A stretch of DNA of 63,998 nt, filler included, from Octopus bimaculoides (Eukaryota), in assembly GCF_001194135.2 (NCBI RefSeq). It is 5 parts of 4 records of this genome, joined end to end, with 100 filler letters (N's around TTAATTAATTAA, not from the genome) between each part and the next. Parts side by side here need not be neighbours in the genome. Positions count along the whole stretch, not along the records: positions 44,510 to 59,800 come from NC_068982.1; positions 59,901 to 63,998 come from NC_068988.1; 3 more parts are not named here. One strand, given 5' to 3'. Positions within the stretch are counted from its first letter, which is position 1. Each line of letters opens with the position of its first letter. The notes beneath the pieces are model-generated. The model did no database searches. It saw only the letters and a list, made by a program, of their open reading frames with translations, and had not been told where the DNA came from. Of the stretch, positions 50,521 through 63,966 are shown piece by piece. Position numbers and translations under genes: made by a program.

Positions 50521-50736
50521 TTTACATGAAGTTGAATATATGTCTGGTCATAGAGAGACCAATGGTTTCACATTCATAAAGTGCCCAGCCTTATAGACAA
50601 CTCATTAAACTCCAATGGCATCTGTTATATGCCCATGGCCATTGGAGTCTGATGAGTCATATATAAAGCCAAGTGCTTTGTGGATGTGAAACCATTGGTC
50701 ACTTTCTGACCAGACATACATATACCTTCATGTAAA
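50521..50736. repeat. Imperfect inverted repeat (~100-bp arms) made of two divergent HHR-motif copies
   Basis: TTTACATGAAG...GACCAATGGTTTCACAT...CTCCAATGGC is mirrored by GCCATTGGAG...ATGTGAAACCATTGGTC...CTTCATGTAAA. Confidence 0.9.
50644..50705 (+). ncRNA. Type I hammerhead ribozyme motif with intact core and long stem II
   Basis: GGAGT-CTGATGA-[GTCATATATAAAGC-CAAGT-GCTTTGTGGATGT]-GAA-ACC-ATT-GGT-C-ACTTT; GUC site at C50700. The mirror copy at 50552-50613 (-) has a mutated core (TTAATGA). Confidence 0.6.
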
Positions 50737-50834
50737 TACATTACTGCTCTAACTTTTAGAGTGTGTTTCTTTTTCAGATATATGATACGCTGACAATATA
50801 TATATGTACATATAAAAAAAAGTACGTAAAAAAC

Positions 50835-51061
50835 ACCTATTGAGCGTGGTCATTGCCAGTACCACCTGACTGACCCTTGTGTTGGTGGCATGTAAAAGCA
50901 CTCACTACACTCTCAGAGTGGTTGGCATTAGGAAGGACATCCAACTGTAGAAGCTTTGCCAGATCAAATTGGAGCCTGGTGTGGTGCAGCCTTCTGGCTC
51001 AACAGTCCTCAGTCACACCATCCAAGCCATGCCAGCATGGAAAGTGAACGTTAAACGACGA

Positions 51062-51065
<4 letters not shown>
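50835..51065 (+). mobile_element. Repeat family C
   Basis: GGTTGGCATTAGGAAGGACATCC...CCATGCCAGCATGGAAAG...TTAAACGACGATGAT. Confidence 0.7.
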
Positions 51066-51104
<39 letters not shown>

Positions 51105-51699
51105 ATCATCATTTAAAATCCGCCTTCCATGCTAACATGGGTGATACATATATATATATATTCAATTAGAGGTTGTGTTACCCTCATGAAGGGATGGTTT
51201 CATCCAAGGGAATATTAGTTCAATACTTAGTATGCATATATATATATTAGTACATATATTAATGTATATATTAATATTTTGCTTAGGTATTGCAATACTA
51301 ATAACCTGGTGTTGGAAATCAATATACATATATATGTATGTATGTCAGTCATTATTCAGCTTTATCTCAAGATTTCTTGTTAATAGAGAAAGAGCTGGTT
51401 TCTAACCTAGATCTAAGTCTCCTTCATTGGAATTCTAATATCAACAACAAAGTATTTTTGTTTGTTTGTATATATATATGTTTGTATATGTGCAGATTTG
51501 TATGTTTTGCTTTATGTATGTATTCTCATGCATATAGTTGCATATCTAGACATGCTCAAATATATTTAAATGATAAACTTCTGGAAGGTTTTACAGATTT
51601 TTACAGATCCAGTGATGGACTGGATCTGTAGTCTTCGAATTAGCGTTCTCTTTTCTGGTTTTGAGAAACCTAATTTCTCAAAATTGGTATTTAGGTAAT

Positions 51700-52048
51700 G
51701 GTGCCATGTAAAAAGTGTTGGTGTTGGTACCATGTAAAAATCACTGGAGATGGTGCCATGTGAAAATCACTGGTACTGGTGTCACATAAAAGGCACTGGA
51801 GATGGTGCCATATAAGAAGCACTGGTGATGGTGTCACATATAAAGCATTGGTGATGGTACCCTGTAAAAAGCATCCAGTACACTCTGTAAAGTGGTTGGC
51901 ATTAAGAAGGGCATCCAGCTGTAGAAACCATGCCAAAACAGACTGTAGAACCTGGTGTGACTCCTGGCCTTGCCAGCTTCTGTCAAACCCTCCAACTCAT
52001 GTCAGCATAGAAAATGGATGTTAAATGACATTGATGATGATGATGATG
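51700..52048 (+). mobile_element. Repeat family C with a 26-bp minisatellite (~7 units, 51700-51880)
   Basis: GGTGCCATGTAAAAAGCACTGG-like units at period 26, then GAAGGGCATCCAGCTGTAGAAACC and a (GAT)n tail. Confidence 0.8.
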
Positions 52049-52832
52049 TAATTAAGTTCTCAGTGATTTTTAAGAAGATGCTAAATATTTTCATCTACTC
52101 ACATACGGTCTACTTTGTGATTCTTTCATCACTATTTTGGCAATTACATCAAAGTCTGTTTTGCTGAGGAGGTTTTATATGACAGAAACATGCCCAGAGT
52201 TGTATAATATTAATCATTAAACTAACGTCTTCTCTCACTGCATAATTATTTATATTTTCTTTATGTCCATTACATTAAATATGCTAACATCAATTTATCT
52301 TTTATTGAATCTTGAAATAATATTATTTTTTTAGGTAAAGTTCTTGCATGTTATATTCTCATAACCGTTGAGAGTATGTTGAATAAAATGTAATGCATTA
52401 AAGTAATTTTTCAAAACAAGGACCCCCCACCTCCTTTCTCTCACCTCCATCCCAAAGAAAACAAAGAATATTATTGAATAAATAACAATAGAATTTCATT
52501 ATTTTATGCTTATTTTTATACAAGTACTAAAACATTCAGTTTTTTTTTCTCCTTAGATGCTTGATGGAAATGGCTCAATTGATTTTTTTGCTTCATTTAC
52601 CAGATAACAATAAATTAACTGGATTAGTAAAATATTTCAAAACAGAAAATGAAAAAAGTAAAACAACTAAAAGAAATTCCTTTTAAAATTCATAACATTT
52701 TTATTATCACACATCTTGTTGACTATATTAAACATAAATGGATATTTGAAAACTATTTTTACTGTGTAAAAATAGTTACTTTATATAGTAAAGGACATCT
52801 TGGTATGAAAAACAGGATCATCATTATTTATT

Positions 52833-53025
52833 GGTTTCAAATTTTGGCACAAGGCCAGCAAGCTCAGGAGAAGGGGTAAGTCAATTATATTGACCCCAGT
52901 ACTCCACTGGTATTTATTTTATTGACCTTGAAAGTATAAACGGCAAAGTCGACCTTGGTGGAATTTGAACCCAGGATGAAAAGATGGATGGAATACTGCT
53001 GAGCATTTTGCATGGTGTGCTAGCA
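52833..53025 (-). mobile_element. Old family A SINE, CpG-decayed
   Basis: ATTGACCCC and ATTGACCTT in place of consensus ATCGAC; GGCAAAGTCGACCTTGGTGGAATTTGAAC. Confidence 0.8.
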
Positions 53026-55293
53026 GAATCATCATTTATTGGCTACAACGTCCACATGTGTTGGGCATAGTAAGGGACGTACCACACTGTCCATTTCATA
53101 ACCAGTGTCTTAATTACATCAGCAGGCTCTTCCATCATTGATCCTATCATGGGTTAGTTCTCAGGTGATAACATGTATGGTGGGTTTTCTTGGCTTATTT
53201 AAATCTACATTGTTGTTGCTGTTGTTGTTCAACCTGAGATCATCAAGCAAATATGAATTCAAAAACTTTCAAACGATGATCATCTTATATCATTACCAGA
53301 TATTGTATTTATGATAACATTATCCAATATGTATTTTTCTCAGACAGTGCTTCATGGAAATTTTAGCTGCTAGTTCTAGTAGGCTGAGCTATCACATAGA
53401 AATTCCTTCTGAATCGAGGTGAAAATGAACATAAACACCCATTAGCAACTCAAAAAGAGTTTTGTAGGGATATAGGTAAGTTTTACTTTCAAAAGTCTAC
53501 TATAACTCCAATTTAGAACTATCTGCCAAACAACATATTACAATTGCAGATTGAGTTTTCTTGTACTCATCTATTTTGTTCTTTAGTTATACTTAGCTCT
53601 CTTCAATTCAGCAGGTTTTATTACTTACTACATGAAAAACCAATAGTTGGACATGTACATATTACTAATCTGTAATAGCTCAAAGCTTTACCATCGTCAT
53701 TTTTTTTTGCATCTCTTTTTTCCCTTGTGTTGATTATGTATTTCTGGAATTTATCTGATTTACGTTCCTCCTCATTTGGTATTTTCCTGTGCTAGTTCTT
53801 TGTCTACATTACTTTTTTTTCTTCTTTTTCCCCCCTCATCACATAAATCTATAACACCAATATCTGTGGCCAATAAAGTGTTCATAAATCCATCCACAGG
53901 CAATTTGTTTTCTCTTGAAAATAATCATTTTCATTACAACTGTAATCCTTTCTCCAACATTTCTGTTTACTGCTTCTTGCTGATTTAAACTTACCATCTT
54001 ATTAAAGTTTTAACAGATCTAAAGTCAGTAATGTTCCTCTCACCACCTCACCATCACAAAACATTTACCAGTTGCATTCAGTTTAACATGCAGCGATAGT
54101 TTATTACATCTAGCTGAAATTGCATTATGTAATGGCATCTTTTTTGCTGCAGTAGAGATGTTACTACATATTTAGCCTTTATTTATTCATTCATTCATAA
54201 AATTGTGTAAGAGTGTCATCAGTTGTTTCTTTCAATGTTTACATTCTTTGCCATAAAACAGCAGCAGTTGCACTTTCATTCAGAATAACTTGCAGTCAAT
54301 TTCTCAAGGCAATTTTTGTTCCAATGACTATTTCATTTCTATATATGTAAAGTAATTGAGCTCATGTATTAGGCTTTGTAAAGGCAAATTAATGTGTGTA
54401 TGCATGTGCGTGTAAGAGTGAAGTTATTTATATTACGCAAAGCAAAATTTCATTTTGAGATCATTAGCTTATCATAAAGTATCCATTGTGAACAGAACTA
54501 TTACAGTGTCTTTTCTCTCAGCTTTTTCTTCCCATTTCTATTTGCAACTATTTGAGCAATTTTGAAAATGCATGCCACAAGTCTACATAATATGTCTACA
54601 AATAGGTTTAATTTTTAAATAATTTTCTCCAATATACAGAGAGTAGACATTATTTCAGAAATAATACTTTTATTATTATTATTAATTTTCTTGGTTTATT
54701 CTAAAGGAAGAAACTGTGCCTATGTCTTTCAACAGACCTTCAGAGAATGAGATTAATGTAGTTAATATTCTCCAACATTTGCAAGTTGATAACTGTAGGG
54801 AAAAGCATAAACAAAGAATGAATTCTTGTGGAGAAATGTTTTTGGTGAAGAACTGGGAATAGGGTTCTGAGAGAAAAGAGAAGGCACAATATAAGTAATA
54901 AGAGGAAGAAATATATGAATTTGGAGTGTGACAGTTCTAACAACACAAGACCAATTTATGTGTATAGATATCAGTGGAATGAAGTATGGGAGTAAGAACT
55001 TGTGACTCATCTCATATAAACTTTGTATGTGTTTTTGCTGTGTCTCTTAGCTGAATATATTATTTTGCGATCCTCAATTTACCTACATATGAAAAATAGG
55101 TGTCACATTTTTGGGAAATGCTGTCTGCAATAATCTAGCATTCTGTCTGGAAATTTGTCATTCATTGTCTATTTGCATCACATATCCATATCAGTGCACT
55201 TGTTTCTCCTTTATAGATCATCTGGAAACTCTCTGGTGATTTACTTGTCTGGTTTTTATCTTTCCAACACATGCAGTGTATTATATTCAACTG

Positions 55294-55295
<2 letters not shown>

Positions 55296-55384
<89 letters not shown>
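55296..55384. repeat. (CT)n microsatellite
   Basis: Direct reading. Confidence 0.95.
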
Positions 55385-55388
<4 letters not shown>

Positions 55389-55833
55389 CCTCTAAGTTCA
55401 CTATATTCAACACCCATGTCTCATATTTAATCATACTTCTGACACATGTTTTAATACAATCTGCATTTGGCATGGATAAAGGCATTTTCGTATCAACAGA
55501 AATAACAGCTCTTTCAACTTCTTTCAGACCCTTTCTTATTCTAACTATTATACTTTGACTACAGCCACCTTTTATGTCATCAAAGTAATAGAACCCAGCT
55601 TATACTTCTCTTAATCTGTCTGAACAGTTCTCATTCTTCATTTCTTGGGTTTCCCCGAGTCAGTTCCTGTGTTACTATAATAATCTGCTGAAGATCTCAC
55701 AGCAGCTTTTATACAGACATTTGGTATACATGATCAAGTTTGTTTTTACAAGTAAGGCCTCTTCTCAAGTAACAAATGTTATAGTCTCTGATGCTAATTA
55801 ATTCTTTGGCCTGTACTCTCTTGATCTTTAGAC

Positions 55834-56088
55834 CAATGCTTCTTGACCAGGGTTCACTTGACCCTAGGGGCTCCATATAAGATTTTGTTGCTTAAATTTA
55901 TGTGCAATAAATTGGTTATATTTCTACAATACATAAAATATCTTAACATTTTTTTATACAATTCCTCATAATATTTAATAAAAAATATATAATTGGATCT
56001 TTTTCAAACATTGAATGGCTAGGAATGTCCTGTAGAGTAAAACAAGAATCAAAAGGTTCTGTAGGTGAAAAATGGTTGAGAACCACTG
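55834..56088. mobile_element. hAT(Charlie)-like MITE
   Basis: Right TIR GGTTGAGAACCACTG, degenerate left TIR CAATGCTTCTTGACC, flanks CTTTAGAC/AACTAGAC. Confidence 0.6.
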
Positions 56089-57945
56089 AACTAGACCATT
56101 CTTCTGGTTTTGCATTTACTCTGTTCTTCAACAGATTCAACCATTAGAATCAAGTCATCAACAGAATAAGTCAGTGAATGGGTGGTGGTGGTGGGGAGCA
56201 GAATGCCATGAAAGTGATGTTATCCTGTGTTAGCAAATACTACATAGTAAAGTTCATGAGTTGAGATAAGTTTGTATATTGACAGCTGGTGATGGGTGAA
56301 GAGGAATTCGACACTGAATAATTAATTTTTCTCTGACAAAAAAGGGTTCATCCTGAAATGACAGATTCTTCATTCACCCATGTAACCCAAACTTTCGAGC
56401 ATCAACATATAAATGATATCAAGGTCATACAGTCTTAGTTTAGTAACTCAAGCACCATAATGAGTAGTAAAACAGTAAAAAATGCCAAACTTCACATTAA
56501 ATTATTTATTGAATCCTACAGTATCTTAATACATGGTTTTTAAAATGCTCTCATAAATATTTTATCTTCATTTGGTCCAATGGATTATTAGTGCCTTTCA
56601 TTGGCTCTTCAAAGCTATTCACCAAGGTGTTGATGTATAGCAATATCTAGTGTAATCAGAAATTGATTATTTTAAGGTAAAATTAGAAGGTATTTGATAT
56701 TGCTAAAATTAATTTATGCATTGTTACATTAAAGTCTATCGTTGAGATTATATTACTAGGAAATTACATTATGCAAGATTTTATTAGAGATAATTAGGTT
56801 ATGTGTAATTATAGAATGCTGTTAAAAGACACTTCTACTACTAAAAGAACATTTTTCATATTAACATAAATGTTTACTCTCTTAAAACATATGATAACAG
56901 AAGTATGTTCTTGTCAAGCACCTAGCAGGAATAAGTATAAATAGGTGGGAGATAGGAGGTAGATGCTGCATGTATCATGTGATCTCATGTGAACCAATAT
57001 TTTTACAGTTAATTATCTACAGCTCTTCCATTGCTCCAGGGCAAATCATATTTGTATTATTTCTCTCAGTTGATTTCGTAATTATCATCATTTCACCTTA
57101 CTAAATGAAAAGAAAATGAAACAAAACAAAAATTTTCCCTTTCGTATCTTCAAATAAATATCTGATATATTTGAAATAAAAAATTATCAATATCTTCGGC
57201 ATATACTCTTATGTTGTTGAAAGAATTTTTCAGCCATTAGAGTTATGAATATTTTTATGAAAATGCTAAAATATTTTAAGTATTTAATTTAGGTATTCTG
57301 TATGATTTCCATGGAGAAAATTATATTTTACAATATTTTCAGTTTATGCAAATTTTCTTCTTTTTCCAAGAGAGAAAACAACATCATGATGTTTATTGAT
57401 TATGTTTTCTAGGTTAGAAAGTGATGAGATTTACAGATTTGCTTTCACTCTCTATACTTGGTATTTTGTTTCAATTATTTTTCAATTTATAATCTACTCT
57501 GTGTATTTGTTAACATTTTCCATATGAAAGGTTTTGTAATTCAAAACAGTTGTTTCATCAAACAAATCTAATTCCTTCTAAAATGCAATTTAAATTGGCC
57601 ATTTTTTACAATTATTTTTCTTTTCTCTCCATGATTTAAAAGATTACAATGTAAGATTAAAAATGATTTCTGTGAAGAACATACAAGAATATAAATTGAA
57701 TTAGAAATGCAGCTAATTCTGGTAGTCATTTGCATTGGCTTTCAGTAACAAAGAAATTAATACTTGACAAGTTAGCTCAGCAGCAAGTCAATGTGTTCTT
57801 TTTGTCTCTCTCATCTGCTGTATTCTGAGAAATGTGTTCATATGTATGAATGCAGTAATTTAAACATACATTAGGGGCAGATTCCTCAATTTTTTATTAG
57901 GGTTAGTGTAATATGTGTTTGATTCTGATATTATATGGACTAGAG

Positions 57946-58435
57946 CAGAGGTCGACAAACTTTTTTGACCATTGACCCCCTTTAGTCACTTCTCCTTCTG
58001 CATTAACCCCCTTTAGCCACTACTCCTTCCGCATCGCCCCCCCCCCTTTAGCTACTTCTCCTTCCACATTGACCACCTCCTCATTGAAAATATCTTAAAA
58101 CCCTATCCTACTGCACCATATTGTAAATGCATCCCAGGTGCTGATGCTGGCAATTAAAATGTTAGCTAAAACATACATGTACAACAAATTAAGAAATTCT
58201 ATTGAAGATGACACACATTTTACATTTAAAACTACATGTACGAGTATACAGTATTAAATTTTCAATTTTTATGAAATGGTCTTCATGGTTTTTGCTGGAA
58301 TATCTTTTATTAAAATTGACAACATCAATGTGAGGGACGAGCATGGCACTGACTAAGTATTTCAAGCAGTTCATCTGGATGAGCTGGTCTTTTGCATGCC
58401 GACCCCCATTCGACCCCTTGGCTATCATCGACTTG
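57946..58435. mobile_element. Possible hAT-like non-autonomous element with internal ~31-bp tandem repeat
   Basis: Left end CAGAGGTCGACAAACTTTTTTG; three ~31-bp units at 57972-58070; GACTAGAG/GACTGGAC flanks; right TIR poor. Confidence 0.4.
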
Positions 58436-59404
58436 GACTGGACACTTTATTAGAATGAAGAATACATACATACATACACACACACTGGAATGCACACATG
58501 CATGCATACATACACACACATTCATACATACATACATAAATACATCCATCCATCCAGCTGATTCGTACATTACAAGTGCAATCTGTGAGTGGAACAGTAA
58601 AAATATGCAAGACGTTTCTCAAGTTCCAAATGTGAATTTGTCTGTTAACTACATCCCAAAGATGGAGCCTTGTATCTTTGTTGGAAATGGGGTCCCTCCT
58701 CAGTGGAAGATTTATAATAATTAGAAAAAATAGAAGAGACATACACACATACAAACAAACAGTACAATACTGTATATATTCATAAATAAATCACAGCCTT
58801 TTATTCAGAAATTGAACATGAAAAAAATGCAAGTAATTTATCTATTAGTCCTTGTGCTAGGCTTGACATTTTTAGGTGACACAAATTTGCTTGCAAACAC
58901 ACACACACACACACACACTGTAGAATAGAATGACTGAGTACAGTAAACAGGTTGGTCTTGTCACTTCTTTGTCTCTATGAATATTGGTATTGTAATCAAA
59001 CGTATGTTAATGATATCTTGCAAGAAACCAAAACGACCTCTTCATTTGTGAAACATATATACACATTTCTCCATTGGCTGCTTGCATATATTGTCTGTCA
59101 ATCAGGAGTAGTGATTTAAAAGCACCATTTAATTTGTTTGTTCTGGGTACACAATCATAGAGACATATTGTTATGATATCTATGATTCCAGGACTTTGCT
59201 TGTCTGTCCTGGTAATGATTGGAATTATTCCAGCTAAATAGTTTTCTTTTTCTTTTATATATAATAAACACAATTGCAAGTCAAGCTGCAAACAACATTT
59301 ATGAAAAGCAGGCTACAACTTATGTGTGGGTCAAAGGTTGAAGCCAAAATATTATAAATATATAATATAAATATAAATGGAGTGTAACTTAAGTACCCCT
59401 GTGA

Positions 59405-59448
<44 letters not shown>

Positions 59449-59676
59449 TATATATATATATATATATGTGTATGTATATGAGTATACACTGTATACATTC
59501 TATCCTGTATCCAATAAGCTTCTCAAGAACAATAGTAAAATGTATTTTCAATTATAGACTGGCAATGAATGATATCGATTACAACAAAACGGAGAATCAA
59601 GTGAATTGCTTGTTTTGTATTCCATTTTACATTTGAAGCCTTCATGAACTAGAAGCTAGTTATGTCTACTACTAGT

Positions 59677-59730
<54 letters not shown>

Positions 59731-59759
59731 TTACTACTACTACTACTACTACTACTACT
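59677..59759. repeat. (CTA)n microsatellite
   Basis: Direct reading. Confidence 0.95.
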
Positions 59760-59800
59760 GCACACACACACACACGCATATATATATATATATATATACA

Positions 59801-59900
59801 NNNNNNNNNNNNNNNNNNNNNNNNNNNNNNNNNNNNNNNNNNNNTTAATTAATTAANNNNNNNNNNNNNNNNNNNNNNNNNNNNNNNNNNNNNNNNNNNN
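59801..59900. other. Artificial scaffold spacer
   Basis: 44 N + TTAATTAATTAA + 44 N. Confidence 0.95.
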
Positions 59901-60200
59901 GAGGACCTCAGCTCTTCAATGCCCTGCCAAAACATTTGAGAGACATGCAGGACATAGATGCGGAGGTCTTCAAGACAAAACTTGACGCTTTCCTCTCCAC
60001 GATACCAGACGGACCAATGGCTCGTAATGAGACGCAGTTTAGGGCAGCTATGTCAAATTCTCCTATACACCAGATGTGCCATCAAAACTCTTGATTGGAC
60101 CATGTCAGGTGGGGGAGAAGAGCCATGCAAGGAACGTGAAAATCACGGTGGTGTACCAGCATGACCGCAGCCACTTGGCTGAAACACATAAATAAATAAA
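59901..60200 (+). mobile_element. CR1-type LINE 3' end
   Basis: GPQLFNALPKHLRD...FKTKLD.FL..IPD.P...SNS, stop, 3' UTR ending GGTGGTGTACCAGCATGACCGCAGCC...GGCTGAAAC + (AAAT)n. Confidence 0.85.
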
Positions 60201-63013
60201 ATATATATATATATACATATATATATATACACACACACACAAATATATAAAGACACTACAGTCATTATTATATTAGGAGATATCTAACGACTGCTAGATA
60301 GAGGGATGGAGATAGAGATAGACAGAGGAAGTGAGAAAGAGAGAAAGAAAGAGAGATGTACAAACAAAAGAAAAGTGAACCGAACACATTTATATATGGT
60401 TTATACTTATTTGCATTAACAGTTTGACACTGAATCACATTACTTAAAGTTTCCTGGAAGTGAGTAAAACCCTCACTTAGATGCTTTGATCTGCTTGGCT
60501 AGACTTTCACTACTTCTAAATAAGACAAGATGTCACCAGATAATGACAAAGGTTCTCTTCATTGCCTAAATCCAAATCAGACTGTAGGATCAATGGGTGA
60601 TTCTTTTCCCTCTGAACATTGAAATCTTATACATTTCTATAATTCAGAAATGATCTAGTCTCAAACTTTCAGATTTGGTGAAGTTTTATAATGTATATAT
60701 TCACAGAGTACCCCTATTTATTTACTCCTCTATACAACTAATTCCAAATGTTTATTTTTGGCTGTACTCTGCTTCACTCATCCCACAAGAAATATTCTAT
60801 TGTCAAATTAAGGGCATAATTCTAGAAACTAGTCATAGATGTCCCCACCCTCACCACAACACACAAAACAGACTTCCAGCAGATTGTGCTTTAGCTTTAT
60901 ATTACGTCAACCAAATAAAGAAAACTAATTTCTTACATCGGAACAAGATCAGGATTTAGTGGAGACAGAGTTTCCAAATGCTGAAATAACACAGTTTATC
61001 TAATTCAGGTCTTGCGTGAATTTTACTTTAATTTACGTAAATGGAGATAACATCTCGATATAAATTAATATTGGGATCTTTATATGTAGATATGGATTGT
61101 TGTAGTTGTTATTGTCAGTGAATAATAGCATTGATCAGTTCTGGTCAAGTAAACTTAATGGCACACAGAGAGATGATCAAAGAATCGGTCATTTGGTATT
61201 CTTGCAGAAGCCATTTTGTCTTTCTGAAGATTTCAAAGTTAAATGTGTGAGAACATTTTGAAGACACCAAGGAATTAGTGAAATGTGATTTCTACTGTAT
61301 CGATTAGGTCATGTGACTATGTTAAAGCATTTACCGATTTAGACAATGGTACACTATTTGAAGACGAGCAAAAATAAGTTAAACATCATAAAGAGATAAA
61401 CTCAAGAGAGATAAAGCAGATGATATGATTTTCTTGTAACATTTACGAGGATTCCTTTATATTCTGTCAGGGTTTTATAAAATAGGCCCCAGGATTTAGA
61501 TCTATTTAATCAAATACATTATGCAAATGTTTGAAACCATTACAAGTTACATTTCAACATTTTTTTTTTTTTTTAATGAAATAAATCTTATGAGTTTACA
61601 TGATGTAGTTTGTCTGAAAAGAGTGTGATAAATCCGTGATAGACAGAAATGGTGTGCCAAAGTGAAATGGTGTGCAAGTGTATAAATAGACACCCTTCAA
61701 AGTATGTCAATGGATAGAAGGGTACAGTGATAGCAAATGATGCACGATTACAGCATTTATGCAAGACAGAACATTATGCCAATATTTGCATTGGTAGGAA
61801 ATTTATAGACATTTGTGATGGGCGTGGAGAGCAAAGTTACAAAGTTATGTTTGGTTTCCTAGGAGAATGATGTTTGATCTGTTAGCATCAGCAAAAATAC
61901 TGCAGAGGGAAAATTTCTAAATTCATGGAGATTTATGGCTTGGAAGTTGTGAAAATAGGATGAAATTCATAAGAGACATTTCTAATCGAAACTTACAAGA
62001 TGCTTTTCAATAATTGCAGTGTTTCATACTGAGAAATGTGTCTGTGTAGATGGGTGTGAGTGTTTGTGGGTCGTGGGAATACTGTGGGGATTTTATGCAT
62101 GCTCTGAGTATGTAGCATTGTAATATAAATATATCTGTGTGTGTGTGTGTGTATTTGTGTTTAAGCATCTGTATCGGTGTGTTTGTGTGGATGCGTGTGT
62201 ATGTGCATTTCTGCAGCAGTGTATGTTTACAGAGATGTGTTTATGCATGTGCATAACATGCACTGATATTTGGCTCTAATGAGGAAATGAAAGAAGCCTT
62301 TCATGAACAGTTGAATAATATATCATTCAATGGGAATAGCTGAACGTGCCTTTGTTGGTCAGAAAGAGGATCAATGGATATTTTTGAACTATGCACAACA
62401 ACTAGTGTATGAAATGCCAGAGATAAGAGAACAAATAATACATTTTCACTGTATTACAACAAAGAGTAGAGCAATATTTTAGAGGGGAAACAACAGAAAA
62501 GTTTGTTCAGAATATTTAAAACAGTAATGGGTAAATTTATAAGGCTGAGACTTTATACTTTTTAGCTGCAGCTCAACTGCTTTGATTGAACAGACATATC
62601 ATCAAAAGTCTACCACCCATGACCATCCAGTCTTTTACAATTATATTATATAATGAGTTTTCTTTTTCCTCCCTTTCTCTTGATAGTAGGAGTACGATTT
62701 GAGAGAGATTTGGTGATTATTTCTTGCAGGTCATGTAACCACACTTGCTTCTTATGTGTCATAACAAAACACATCGACATATATCACAGGGGAAACCATA
62801 AAGCTGCCCTGGGGAAGCTAAATTTTTGGACCCTTACAAATACATCTTTTTGACATTTTTACAAGGAGAAAAAAAATTAAAAACTGTAAATACAAGAATA
62901 AAGCATTTATTACAGTTTATTTAAAATAGGAACAAAGTTTTTATTTTTATTTTCTCCCTTATATTTTGAATATCCTAAGCATGTGATACTCCAGTTGACT
63001 GTTTCAATTAGCC

Positions 63014-63051
<38 letters not shown>

Positions 63052-63966
63052 TTTAAATTTCAGCAGGCAACAACAGCAGTACAACTTATATCCAGGTTTT
63101 CTGCTACACTGCTACTTGTGACTTGATTTTGCTTGTAAAGATCAGAACAACACCAATCATTACAATAATCAATAGTTATGTAGCTCCCTGTAGTATCATT
63201 CACATGACACTACAGATTGGTTCAAGTTATTCAACCTACACATTTCCTCTCGTTTCCTTGCTTGGACTAAGCAACTTTCACAAGTTACATGAACATTGAT
63301 AATTTGAATGGATACATATTTAACAATTACAAGCTATTGCAGCTTACACTAATGCTGAAAGCCATTGCAGCCTACAGTTACACATGCTTCTCTGATCACT
63401 GCCTACACTCATCTAAACTCAGTGCTTAGCTGAAAGAATAACCAAAGTAGTGAGCATATTTCTGCCAGTTCTTCTCAATGTAGAAATATTTTCTCAACTT
63501 TTTCATGTCACACAAAGAGAAATTGAAATTCACAAACACATTGTAAAGCACATTACTCTACATGTGTTACTCAAAGGTCATTAGTGTAACACATATACAA
63601 CATATAACATTTGTATCATGCCTTTCTTTAGATGATATATGTACTTTTGTGGTAAGACTTGCTGCTCTTTTCAATTTCTTTCAAAGACTGTTTTAGAACA
63701 TTTTCAAATGCCATTCTATAAAATAGACGAACTGTAGTTTTATATCACATCAAAATTTTATTTTTAATTATTTTCAATAATAATTATCCACAACTTGGAT
63801 AGATCAGCAGATTACAGGTTAAGTGCTGATCTCTAATTGTAGACTCATGAAGTTGAAGCATGATCTTCGGATGTTGTGACTCACAGAAGTGATGACATGT
63901 GATCGAGACCTTTGGCAATTTACTGTGCTCGAGAAGACTTGTCAAGCCAAGTGAAATCATAGTGAA

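Noticed and set aside
52557-52607. MLDGNGSIDF EF-hand-like peptide after a strong acceptor
   Set aside because: The frame stops after 16 codons with no donor and lacks the Glu at loop position 12. The alternative frame (CLMEMAQLIFLLHLPD...) is unrecognised.
53400-57463. Scattered plus-strand exon-like segments (53400-53475, ~54707-54850, ~55050-55098, ~57416-57463)
   Set aside because: Short AG/GT-bounded frames are common in AT-rich DNA; no recognisable protein and no consistent phase chain could be established.
57972-58070. Spaced ~31-bp repeats considered as CRISPR-like (also the 26-bp units at 51700-51880)
   Set aside because: Contiguous tandem units without unique spacers, in a eukaryotic TE context.
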